Shown here piece by piece: positions 1 through 10,614 of a stretch of DNA of 64,000 nucleotides. The stretch is from assembly GCA_964016885.1 (NCBI GenBank), contig OZ024753.1, positions 47,120,001-47,184,000 on the forward strand. Reading direction: 5' to 3'. Origin of the DNA: Eledone cirrhosa. Its lineage: Eukaryota. Both the position numbers and the translations under genes were made by a program. Numbering within the stretch: position 1 is the stretch's first letter; the number at the start of each line of letters is the position of its first letter. Below the pieces are notes generated by a model, which was not told where the DNA came from, did no database searches, and was given only the letters and a program-made list of their open reading frames with translations.

Positions 1-545
1 TATATATATATATATATATATATTAGTATATATATACACACATATATATACACACATATATATCAGTGTACATATATATATACATATATATATATATATA
101 AATGAATATTTATTCAATTTAAAGCGCCAATTATCTATATATAACAAGATATGAATTTTTCTAGGGATGGGGGAAATTTTCAGTTTGTTTTTATATTTTC
201 ACTTCATTTTTTACTTTCTATTTAATACAGTCTTTGATCCAATATAATCCTGACAGTATTTGAACCAGTTTACCTCATATATATGTATGCACACACAACA
301 CTCAAGTTTCGCCATCTACTGCTATTTCATTCATATTTATTGTTTAATTAACTCTGGTCTAATTCATCAACTATTGTTAATTATATTATTACGTAGATTT
401 CTTATAAAATCTAGTGCATATATACGTGTATATATACAGGGAGACACTGTAATAGATGTAAAGAGAGTGGGAGATAGAGTTATAGAAGTAAAGAGAGGGG
501 GAGAAATAAGCGGTAGATAGAGTAATAGATGTAAAGAGAGGGTTA

Positions 546-722
546 GAACGTTCAACTTGACAGTCAGTACAATGTTCAGCATGGTAGCCAGTACATATGC
601 CAACTACCCAACCGGCCAGCCAGCCGCATATGCGGTTGACTGGCCAGTTGGGCGGTTGGTATGTGGAACGTTCAACTACGCAGTCAGTACCAAAGTTCAA
701 CATTGTAGCCAGTGCATATGCC
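546..722. repeat. 72-nt inverted repeat (594-665) between two ~55-bp diverged direct repeats; present in every unit
   Basis: 594-627 pairs with 632-665 without bulges (27 WC, 4 G-U, 3 A-C); GAACGTTCAACT..CAGTCAGTAC..GTAGCCAGT.CATATGCC occurs at ~546-601 and ~666-722. Confidence 0.9.
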
Positions 723-768
723 GATCGCCGCGCCCTCTTTGCTCTATTTTAATGACCTGGAACTAAGT

Positions 769-881
769 AAAAAGAGTAGGAGATAACTCGACAAGAGCGG
801 AGAGGGTGAGATTCGAACCATGCAAAGTCGTTGGCTCCTGAAGTTCGTAAGCGGGGCTGCTACTGACTGAGCAGCGCCGGC
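769..881 (-). ncRNA. Candidate Pol III tRNA-like small RNA gene, unit 1 (non-cloverleaf)
   Basis: Minus strand reads GCCGGCGCTGCTCAGTCAGTAGCAGC...GGTTCGAATCTCACCCTCTCCG...TTTTT; A-box-like GCTCAGTCAGTAG in tRNA register, B box GGTTCGAATC (819-810), T5 at 773-769, TATAA 34 nt upstream. Confidence 0.6.
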
Positions 882-909
882 AGCAAGGCAAATCGCGCAT
901 AAAATAACG

Positions 910-916
910 CTTATAT
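910..916 (-). promoter_or_regulatory. TATA-like element upstream of the candidate Pol III gene; conserved in all units
   Basis: ATATAAG on minus strand about 30-35 nt upstream of the tRNA-like 5' end, preceded by a T-rich tract. Confidence 0.4.
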
Positions 917-1186
917 CGACAAAAAAAAAAAAAAAATTTCAATGTTGCACTCTTGTTTGTTGTTCTTTTATTTTACGTAAACATTTCGCTGCTCTAGCCT
1001 CTTATTTCCTATTAGATTACACTTAATTCCATTAAACATTCATTCTTAGTCTCGTGGTAAACTATTTCATCTATATTTATATCGCTGTTACAGCCTTTTA
1101 TTTCTACATCTATCACCTATAGCCACTGTTACGCCGGTAGTATAAGTAGCTTTATAACAAGAAACGATGATATAACTCCACAAAAT

Positions 1187-1235
1187 GTCTTCTTGAGCAA
1201 GACACTTCACTTCATATTGCTCCAGTACACCGAGT
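1187..1235 (+). mobile_element. CORE-SINE body fragment (all units)
   Basis: CTTGAGCAAGACACTTCACTTCATATTGCTCCAGT matches the body of the fuller SINE at 14457-14599. Confidence 0.7.
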
Positions 1236-1662
1236 TACACATAGACAGATACATACATACATACACAGATAGAAATGAGAGGTAGATAGAGTAAAAGATT
1301 TAAAGAGAGTGTGAGAAGTACGAGTTAGATAGTGTAAAAGATTTAAAGAGAGGGTGAGAGTGTGACACACATTTATCTGTCTATCTCTCTCTATTTTAAC
1401 ACCGGTCGTTATAATTAGTTTTATAACACCGCTATATTACCGACATGAAAGAGGTAAATAATTATTTCTTAAATGTTTAGAACATGTTTCTCTTGTCTTC
1501 TTAAATGTATAGAACATGTTTCTTATTTATATTCTTAACATAGCTAGGACCTTATCTCATTTACTGGTCTCTACTTTTAGGGCTTTGCTGGTCCCATGTG
1601 CCCTCCATGAAGACACACTCGCCCCTTCTCTCTCAGTCTCCGTACTAATTACTACACATACG

Positions 1663-3855
1663 TATATATATTTATTTTAAGAAACCTTAATGACAAATAA
1701 TATAAAGTGTTTGTAAAGTGGGGAAGAGTAGTTTTACGGTGGGGTTGTTATATAGATATCGTTTTTGCAGTGGGGTCGTGACTGGCGTATAATAATGAGT
1801 CACTGTTGATGTATATACAAATCATGTTTTGGATATAAGTGAAGTTATTTAAGAGATTTAGTTGTTTTGTATACATTCATAACGGTACGCGATGGGACCC
1901 ACCCACAGCCCCGGCGGACAGAATGGAGAAGGCGTTTCCCCGGAGCACGGCAAGGGAGACGCGCTGGAAAAGCCACTCCAACTCGCGGGGCTCACACCTG
2001 CGGCTGGCCAGCTCAGCGCCTATGGTGGTGAGTAAGGAGGTAGCCCTGGGGCCGAGGACACCAGAAGTCTCCACTTCCAGGGGTACGACCGCAAACCTGT
2101 CGGAGAGTGAACGATATGTGAGGAGTTTGGCCCCCTCAGCCTGACGTGCAGCAGAACCTGGGCCAGTCGCAGACTGCACCAGGTTGCGGCTGCAGAAAGT
2201 GTCGGTGCAAGTGGCATCCCAGACGAGGGGTTTGCCACCGCGGAACGGGAAGATGGTCATGCCATCTAGCCTTTTGCCGTCCCCTCGAGCTGGGAAGGGA
2301 AGCCTGCAGCGTCCAAGCCATGCTTAATGACTTCGTTGAGGGCAGCATGGCGTGGATTGCGGGTGGAGGCCGAAAGAGTCCATGGTGGAACGGCAGCGAC
2401 ATTGGTGTGAGGCCGAGCCTCAGGGAAACGCCGATGCGCAAGCTATTGTTGTCTAGCTGCGTGCGAGTGGAGAAGGAGGGCAGGGCATGGAGCCAGGCCC
2501 CACTGTGGGGTTTGGAGGCTGCACGAAAACAAACAAGGCGGTGCTGGTCGAGCTGGCGCGTGAGCCTGTCTGAGGCCAGGCTGCACTGGATGGCATCCCA
2601 AGTGTGTTGGGGGGGACTTGACGTCAACAGGGGGAGAAGGAGGAGGAACGTCTACTGGGCTAAGTCCCAGCCGGTCCCACGTCTCACAGGCGGCCACGCG
2701 TTCTCTGAACACAGAGGGTTCTGTTGTGTTTTGAAGAACCCTGCTGAGGAGGACGTGGTACGAGGTTACTGACGAAAGATATGCCGGCAAAGCTAGTGAG
2801 ATCGGGGACTGGAGGCGAAGGCCGCCATACCTGACAGGTAAAGTTGCATATCTCATCGGCTGCTGCTCGGATACAAGTTTAGGTGTAGCACAGCGTCTAT
2901 AGAGGAGCTTCGGCATGGCGTAGCAGTTCCTCAGCAGAAAGAGAACTGGGTGGGCATCAATCAAGCCCAGTCGGCTCGTGAGAGTCTGGACTTGATGGAG
3001 GAGCGGATGGCCGGCGGGTGGATCGGTGAGGGCATCCTCTTTGGGGGTCACCTGAACCTGGCGGAGAATGGACCGCACGTCCAAGACGGAGACTGCAAAG
3101 CTTGCAGCATCGAGGCTGACATTCACCACCTCCGACTTGGCTGAGTTGACCTGGAGGTCGATTCCCGCCAGGGCAGGAACCACCGATTGAAGGTCATGGC
3201 AGACCGCCTGTACGGGCCCACCCAAAGTAGCATCATCCAGATACCAAACGTTGAGAGGGGCTGTTATACTCCAGGCGATGTGGTCAATACCAAGGGTGAA
3301 CAGGAGGGGTCCCAAAGGGTTGCCCTGTTGGATCCCAGTAGCCAAGGGTATGACCGTATCAGCAGCATGGCGCATGCTTGGGGCTCCATATGACAGGTAG
3401 GCAGAGGGGGCTCGGCTGAGGCAGGCCTCGAGCAGATGATCCCAGCGTAAAGAGTTGAAGGCATTCCTCATGTCAAACTTGACAATGAGGTGGCTGGAGG
3501 CCCTGGATGCCGGTTCCGAGTGTTACGGACTTGCAGATTACCTTGGCAGCCAGCCTCCGGAAGACATTGCCCACAGCAATGGGGCGTATGCCATCCTCTT
3601 TCTTCCTGCGAGCGGTGAGGCTGGCCGAAAAAAAGAGGCCTCGAGCATAAGAGTCCAGGGCGCCATGGATGAGCCTATTGGTGAGCGCCACAATTGCACT
3701 CAGAAGGCCGCGCCCGGCCTCAGCGGAGAGGGGAGATATCAACTCCTTGAGGAGGCCTGGTCAGAGACCATCAACATCTCCGCAGCTGCTAGCTGGGAAG
3801 GACCTGATGGCGGACATGATGTCTGCATCAGAAGCCACAAGGAGCAAGTGTGGAT
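1663..3855 (-). mobile_element. Decayed 5'-truncated CRE-clade non-LTR retrotransposon (RT + restriction-like endonuclease), unit 1
   Basis: Motifs AIRSFP..DGL*P, GIRPIAVGNVFRRLAAK, NAFNS, GIQQGNPLGPLLF, WYLDD, LPVRYGGL, SGAWL, DGKR(L/P)DGMT..GKPLVWDATCTDT, FQRVSLAVLRGNA; broken by frameshifts, deletions and a stop; 3' UTR ends AATAAA-(TA)n. Confidence 0.9.
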
Positions 3856-3924
3856 TACAATACAAAACCTCTGAGAATGATTTCTAAGATATTTCACCAT
3901 AATTAATTTTCATCAATATATATT

Positions 3925-4225
3925 AATATTATTATTGTTTATTAGGTCAGGTGGATTGGCCAGAACAATTCTACTCTTCTTTTTTAGATGTCACGATTTT
4001 TCATGGCATTCCTGAGATCATTAATCTCCAGCTGGAGATCCAGAGACATCTGATGTATGTAGGTGAACCTCAGTCATCCCACTTGGCTCTTACTATGTTT
4101 AGGTATCCACCACAGGAGCCAGCTCATCAGGTCATCCTACCCTCAGCAGCAATGTCCAGCATCTATTGATTTCCGCTCCCTAGTTATTGTGGTAATCTTC
4201 GATATCTGGGAATATATTTCTTCTG
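3925..4225 (-). mobile_element. Old RTE-clade LINE 3' end (different family), all complete units
   Basis: Degenerate translation KITT..RER..AGHCC..LLWWIPKH..FTYIHQM..LRNAMKNRDI*KRRV resembles an RTE C-terminus; followed by a TAA-rich tail. Confidence 0.65.
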
Positions 4226-4786
4226 CTTAAGGGAGTAATAAATATATAGTTTTAAAAAAAACATATATATACACACACATATATATATGTTGTCATTTAT
4301 AAGAGTTCTCTATCAAAAGCCTTCTCTATGTCCAAAGCTAAGTATAGTGGCTTATTTTTCTCTAAGAACCTCTTTTGTAGTTGTCTCACTAAGAAGAGGG
4401 CATCTGTTGCACTTTTCAGCGGCTTAATTAATTAATGAGGTTTAATTAATGAGGAATTTTGAGGTATTTATAACAATTATTAATTATTTCATTACTGAGA
4501 TATCATTTGAAGGACTTACTAATGTTTTTATTTATTAATTATTTTATTAGTAACTTAACATGTGGTTCTTGTATAAAATTATGTTGGAAGATTTTAGGAA
4601 GATGCTATGTAGCCGGTCGCGGTAAAATAGACGCCCAGGCTATGTAGCCGGTAAGAGTGTCAGACTCCATGTGTTGCGGCCCTTTATGGTCTGAGTTAAG
4701 ACAATTTAAAATCTTTTCCACCATCAATTGTTAAAAAACAAGTTAAAATCATTTTGTCTTCCATTTGTAACGTACGTTACACTTTA

Positions 4787-5510
4787 GTTACATACACATA
4801 TACTATGTTACATACACACATCTACTGTGTTACATACACACACATCAACTGGGTTATATACACACACATCTACTGCGTTACATACACATCTACTGTGTTA
4901 CACACACATCTACTGTGTTACATACACACACATCTACTGAGTTACATACACATACATCTACTGTGTTACATACACACACATCTTCTGTGTTACATACACA
5001 CATCTACTGTGTTACATACACACACCTGTGTTACATACACACACATCTACTGAGTTACATACACACAGATCTACTGTGTTACATACACACACATCTACTG
5101 TGTTACACACATCTTCTATGTTACATACACACAATCTACTGTGTTACATACACACATCTACTGAGTTACATACACACACATCTACTGAGTTACATACACA
5201 CACATGTACTGTGTTACATACACACATCTACTGTGTTACATACATACACATCTACTGTGTTACATACATACACATCTACTGTTACATACACACATCTACC
5301 GTGTTACACACACACATCTACCGTGTTACACACACACATCTACCGTGTTACACACACACATCTACCGTGTTACACACACACATCTACTGAGTTACATACA
5401 CATATACTGAGTTACATGCAAACACACATCTACTCTGTTACATATACACATCTACTGTGTTACATACACATCTACTGTGATACACACACACACATCTACT
5501 CATACATATT
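4787..5510 (+). repeat. Minisatellite, ~20-24-bp unit CATCTACTGTGTTACATACA(CA)n
   Basis: About 30 visible degenerate copies. Confidence 0.95.
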
Positions 5511-6290
5511 CATAAATAGACACACATTATACAAATAATTATTACATACACACACATCTCTGTAATAATTCAGGAAGGAAGGGGCTGGTGAAACGCTATA
5601 GCAATGTGTGTGTGTTGTGTACCTTTCAGGTTTACCGGTTTCGTAGCCTATTTGAAGATTTTATTATAATTATGAACCTTATAATTCAATTAATTATGAA
5701 TAATTTTGAGCTATTTATCACAATTGTTAGTTAATTACTAACATAGTAACTTACCATATGGTTGTTATATAGAATTTTGTTGGAAGACTTTAATTTAGAT
5801 AGGAACCATTTCCATAGTACGAGAACTAATTTTGGCTGGGTTTCTACCAAAAGGGTTAATGAAGAATTTTGAACAATTTACTAAAATTATTAATTATTTC
5901 ATTACTAAGATAATGTGTGAATACACAATTATATGTGTGTATATATATATAAACAGTATATATATATATAGTATATATATATATAAACAGTATATATATA
6001 GTATACAAAAGATGTAGTGGGATAGTGTGTAGTCTTAAGACAAGTCTGTCCAGATAGCTGCGCTGTAACTTACACTTATTGGGACTGTGTGTTGGCAAGC
6101 AGGCCTGTATTTTGGGATCTAGCTGGTCCATTATGAGGGAGGTCTGGTTAGTTGGCAGCACCATGCCTTACTTGTGGTATATGTATGTATAGAAATAAGT
6201 TATTGTATATGCATAACTGTCCATCTATATGTATACATGTATGTTTACTTATATCTTTGCATACATATATACATTTTCAGATGTATACAC

Positions 6291-8214
6291 GTAATGGTCA
6301 CCCGGATAGTAAACCAAGTCATACAGAATGGGGTTGTTCTGAAGGACTGGCGTAGCAGCATCATCATTAACTGTTACAAGGGTAAAGGAGATGCCCTAGA
6401 TAGGAGTAACTATAGAGGCATTAAATTAATCGACCAGGTCATGAAGGTCACGGAAAAAGTAATAGCGCAACTAATCAGAGAGAGAATTGATCTAGATGAA
6501 ATGCAGTTCGGGTTTGTGTCAGGTAAAAGTACCACAGACGCTCTTTTCATTGTACGACAACTACAGGAGAAGTACCTAGTTAAAAGTAAACCCCTATACT
6601 TAGCTTTTGTTGACTTGGAGAAAGCCTTCGACAGAGTCCCCCGTTCCATTATCTGGTGGGCTCTTAGAAAACTAGGTGTTGAGGAATGGCTTGTGAGAGC
6701 TATACGAGCCATGTATAAAGAAACAGTCAGCAAGGTTAGAATTAACAACGAATATAGTGAAGAGTTTAGCGTAAAAGTTGGTGTTCATCAGGGCTCCGTC
6801 CTTAGCCCCCTACTATTTATTATTGCCCTTCAGGCTATAACAGTGGAGTTCAAGACCGGCTGCCCATGGGAACTCCTATACGCAGATGATCTAACGCTCA
6901 TAGCTGAATCAATGGCCGAGCTAGAGAAGAAATTCCAAACATGGAAGCAAGGCCTAGAATCAGAAGGCCTTAAAATTAACCTGGCTAAGACTAAAGTTCT
7001 AGTTTGTAGGAAAGAAAATAAGGCGCCGGTCCCTTCCGGGAAATGGCCATGCTCAGTGTGTAGGAAAGGCGTAGGTAGAAACTCCATTTTATGTCCCAAA
7101 TGCAAAGTATGGGTTCATAAAAGATGTAGTGGGATCACAGGTAAGCTAACTAAGAACATAGATTTTACATGTGGCCGGTGCTCTGGTGCAATAAGTAGCA
7201 GCAAGTGCCCACAAAATACTAGCTCTTTCAATTGCGCAGAGGGTTCTATAGAAATAGTGGACAGCTTCCGTTACCTGGGTGACAAAATCAGCAGTGGGGG
7301 AGGGTGCTCTGAAAGTACAGTAGCTAGAGTCAGAACTGGATGGAAAAAGTTCAGAGAGCTTATACCACTATTAGCCGCTAAAGGGTTCTCCCTAAAAATG
7401 AAAGGCAGGTTGTATGATGCCTGCATATGAACAGCAATGTTGCATGGCAGTGAGACCTGGGCATTGTGTGCAGAGGATATACGCAGACTAGAGAGGAACG
7501 AAGCTTGCATGCTTCGCTGGATGTGTAATAGTAATATATGTGAACGGCAAAGCATAAACGAACTAAGGGAAAAATTAGAAATAAGAGGGATCTGATGTTG
7601 TGTACTCGAGAGAAGACTACGTTGGTATGGTCCACGTGATGCGGATGAAAGACGACAGCTGTATAAAAAAAATGCAGGGCAATAAAGATAGACGGTAGCC
7701 ACGGAGTAGGCAGACCCAGAAAAACCTGGGACGACTTGATAAATTCCGACCTCACACACTTACACCTCTCCAAGACAATGTCACTGGACCGAGATCTTTG
7801 GCGGTACTCAGTAATAGAGAAGACCCGCCTTACCTAGATACAAAGTAAAACCTACTACAGTCAGTAGGCACCTCTAACAAAATACACCCCCACCCCATCC
7901 ACACCGCCCCTTTCAATGTAAAGTTATGTTGGTGCCACAACATCCAGGCCGAAACAAATGAGGTCGTGTAGGTGTCACGACAAAAAAAAAAAAACACAGT
8001 CCACGCAGTAATGTGGCCGTGTAGGTAACACGGTAAAAACCTCCCAGTCCCACACTGTAAATGCGGTTGGTGTTAGGAAGGGCATCCAGCTGTAGAAAAC
8101 CCGCCAGACAGTCCTATGCGAGCAAGACAACCACTCTTGCCTCAAGTGGGAAAATTCCCGTCCAAACCCATGCAAGCGTGGAATATGGACGTTAAACGAT
8201 GATGATGATGATGA

Positions 8215-8218
<4 letters not shown>
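6291..8218 (+). mobile_element. 5'-truncated RTE-clade LINE (RT pseudogene, 3' UTR, (GAT)n tail)
   Basis: QFGF, AFVDLEKAFDRVP, GVHQGSVLSPLLF, YADD, FRYLG, Cys-rich insert; premature TGA at 7428-7430 followed by MLHGSETW..ERRLRWYG; ends GTTAAAC(GAT)n. Confidence 0.95.
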
Positions 8219-8249
<31 letters not shown>

Positions 8250-8252
<3 letters not shown>

Positions 8253-9374
8253 CTTTGACATTTCTTAGAAAAAAAATGAAAAAGTTTTGTGAGAACCCCA
8301 ATGTTTATTTATTTTATTTTATTTTTAAATAAAATTAATAACATTAATTTTATTTTGAAATTAGGTTTATAAATATTAATTATCAGCAGACCGTTGTAGC
8401 AGTCTTGGCGGCTTAGTGGGAAGTACCAGAGATGGTGAGGTCCTTGTCTGTAGGTTCAATCCTGGTCTGGGAGTTCAATCATTGCTGTAATGTGTCCTGT
8501 TAATCTTTTTTTAAATTTTCCTCAGAAAAAACTGAAAATCTTTGGTGAGAACCCCAATGTCTATTTATCTAATATAATTTAATTTATTTTATTTTATTTT
8601 ACTTTAGTTAAATTGTCAAAACCACTGGTGATCTAAAGTTAGAGGAGACAGATAAAATAGACATATTGTCTCCTCAACCTTTAGATCTTCAGTGTTTTCG
8701 ACAATTTAACTAAAATAAAAAATTAAATTCAATATAATTAAATAAATAGGGGTTCTCTTTTTCAAAGAGATATAGAAAGAAAATTATAAAAGATTAACAT
8801 GACACCTTACATGTATCTCATGGACCAGGATTGAACCTGAGTCCCCAATTCAACCCTCAGACCAGGATTGAACACCCAGAACAGGATCTCACCATCTCTG
8901 GTACTTCCCACTAAGCTACCGAGACTGATACAAAGATGTACTGAAATTTAATATTTATAAACCTACTTTCAAAATAAAATTAAAAATAAAATATATATAT
9001 ATATATATTCCTTTGACATTTCTTAGAAAAAAGAACTGAAAAAGTTTTGTGAGAACGCCAATGTCTATTTATTTTATTTTATTTTTAATTAAATTAGTTA
9101 TATTTTGAAAGTAGGTTTATAAATATTAATTTTCAATAGACCTTTGTAGCAGTCTTGGTGGCTTAGTGGGAAGTACCAGAGATGGTGAGATCCTTGTCTG
9201 TAAGTTCAATTCTTGCTTGGAGACATGTCTAATGTGTCCTATTAATCTTTTTTTAATTTTCCTTTTACATCTCTTAGAAATAACTGAAAATCTTTGGTGA
9301 GAACCCCAATGTCTATTTATCTAATATAATTAATTTAATTTAATTTAATTTAATTTTTATTTTAGTGAAACCAC
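8250..9374. repeat. Three copies (+,-,+) of a tRNA-like/SINE-like repeat; first two form a ~640-bp foldback
   Basis: GGCTTAGTGGGAAGTACCAGAGATGGTGAG..GTTCAATCC at ~8409 (+), ~8860-8918 (-) and ~9160 (+); symmetry centre GAGGAGACA(8642-8650)/TGTCTCCTC(8667-8675). Confidence 0.85.
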
Positions 9375-9716
9375 TGTTGTATTCAAGAGACCAGGTGGAG
9401 GGGTGGGTCTGCTAGATTCATCGTGGGTAAAGAACGGTGCTATGAACTTTTCTGGGTGGGAAATGACAATGGGCTGGGTATACACATACCACCCCACCAC
9501 CCCACCGTAAAGTGGTCGTGGAGGCGCCACGGCAAAAAAGCACCCAGCCCGCTCTGTAAAGCTGACGTGGAGGTGCCACGGAAAAAAAAAAAGCACCCAG
9601 CACTCACTGCAAACTGGGTTGGCGTCAGGAAGGGCACCCAGCTGTAGAAACCAATCCAGAATCAGCTCCCACCCCACCCTTGCAAGCATGGAAAAGCGGA
9701 CGTATGATGAAGTTGA
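9375..9716 (+). mobile_element. Truncated copy of the internally deleted RTE (APE fragment + 3' tail)
   Basis: CCIQETRW-type coding remnant followed by the RTE 3' tail; 5' part removed by the cassette junction. Confidence 0.8.
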
Positions 9717-9815
9717 TATATATATATATATATTAGTATATATATACACATACATATGTACACATATACACATACATATATATATATATATACACACACA
9801 TATATATCAGTGTAC

Positions 9816-9859
<44 letters not shown>

Positions 9860-10501
9860 GAATATTTATTCAATTTAAAGCGCCAATTATCTATATATAA
9901 CAAGATATGAATTTTTCTAGGGATGGGGAAATTTTCAGTTTGTTTTTATATTTTCACTTCATTTTTTACTTTCTATTTAATACAGTCTTTGATCCAATAT
10001 AATCCTGACAGTATTTGAACCAGTTTACCTCATATATATGTATGCACACACAACACTCAAGTTTCGCCATCTACTGCTATTTCATTCATATTTATTGTTT
10101 AATTAACTCTGGTCTAATTCATCAACTATTGTTAATTATATTATTACGTAGATTTCTTATAAAATCTAGTGCATATATACGTGTATATATACAGGGAGAC
10201 ACTGTGTAATAGATGTAAAGAGAGTGGGAGATAGAGTTATAGAAGTAAAGAGAGGGAGAGAAATAAGCGGTAGATAGAGCAATAGATGTAAAGAGAGGGT
10301 TAGAACGTTCAACTTGACAGTCAGTACATATGCCAACTACCCAACCGGCCAGCCAGCCGTATTTGCGGTTGACTGGCCAGTTGGGCGGTTGGTATGTGGA
10401 ACGTTCAACTATGCAGTCAGTACCAAAGTTCAACATTGTAGCCAGTGCATATGCCGATCGCCGCGACCTCTTTGCTCTATTTAAATGACCTGGAACTAAG
10501 T

Positions 10502-10614
10502 AAAAAGAGTAGGAGATAACTCGACAAGAGCGGAGAGGGTGAGATTCGAACCATGTAAAGTCGTTGGCTCCTGAACTTCGTAAGCGGGGCTGCTACTGAC
10601 TGATCAACGCCGGC
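10502..10614 (-). ncRNA. Candidate Pol III tRNA-like RNA gene, unit 2 (B variant)
   Basis: As 769-881; 5' variant GCCGGCGTTGATCAG; B box and T5 unchanged. Confidence 0.55.

Larger units (their letters stand above)
4424..9374. other. Long-unit-specific ~4.95-kb cassette replacing ~1.1 kb of the standard unit
   Basis: Diverges from short units after TTCAGCGGC (4423) and rejoins at TGTTGTATTCAAGAG (9375); the equivalent short-unit segment is 14170-15265. Confidence 0.92.

Noticed and set aside
797-881. Canonical tRNA (Sec from CTTCAGG, or Val from CTTACGA)
   Set aside because: Neither candidate anticodon loop has a paired stem, and the acceptor (GCCGGCG vs CCTCTCC) and T stems do not pair
1560-1670. 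Spliced-leader or snRNA target gene at the CRE 3' junction
   Set aside because: No recognisable SL/snRNA sequence or Sm-site context seen by eye; a cmscan would be needed to exclude it fully
1839-3887. Plus-strand ORFs of 64-216 aa
   Set aside because: Antisense shadows of the GC-rich CRE coding sequence with no recognisable motifs
4070-4135. Hammerhead ribozyme (CTGATGAG on minus strand followed by a TGGCTC/GAGCCA stem)
   Set aside because: No GAAA after the stem; sequence is explained as RTE C-terminal coding remnant
4787-5510. CRISPR-like array
   Set aside because: No unique spacers and no cas genes; ordinary eukaryotic minisatellite
6174-7430. Intact 418-aa RT gene
   Set aside because: First 40 aa are microsatellite-derived; element is 5'-truncated with no endonuclease and ends at a premature stop
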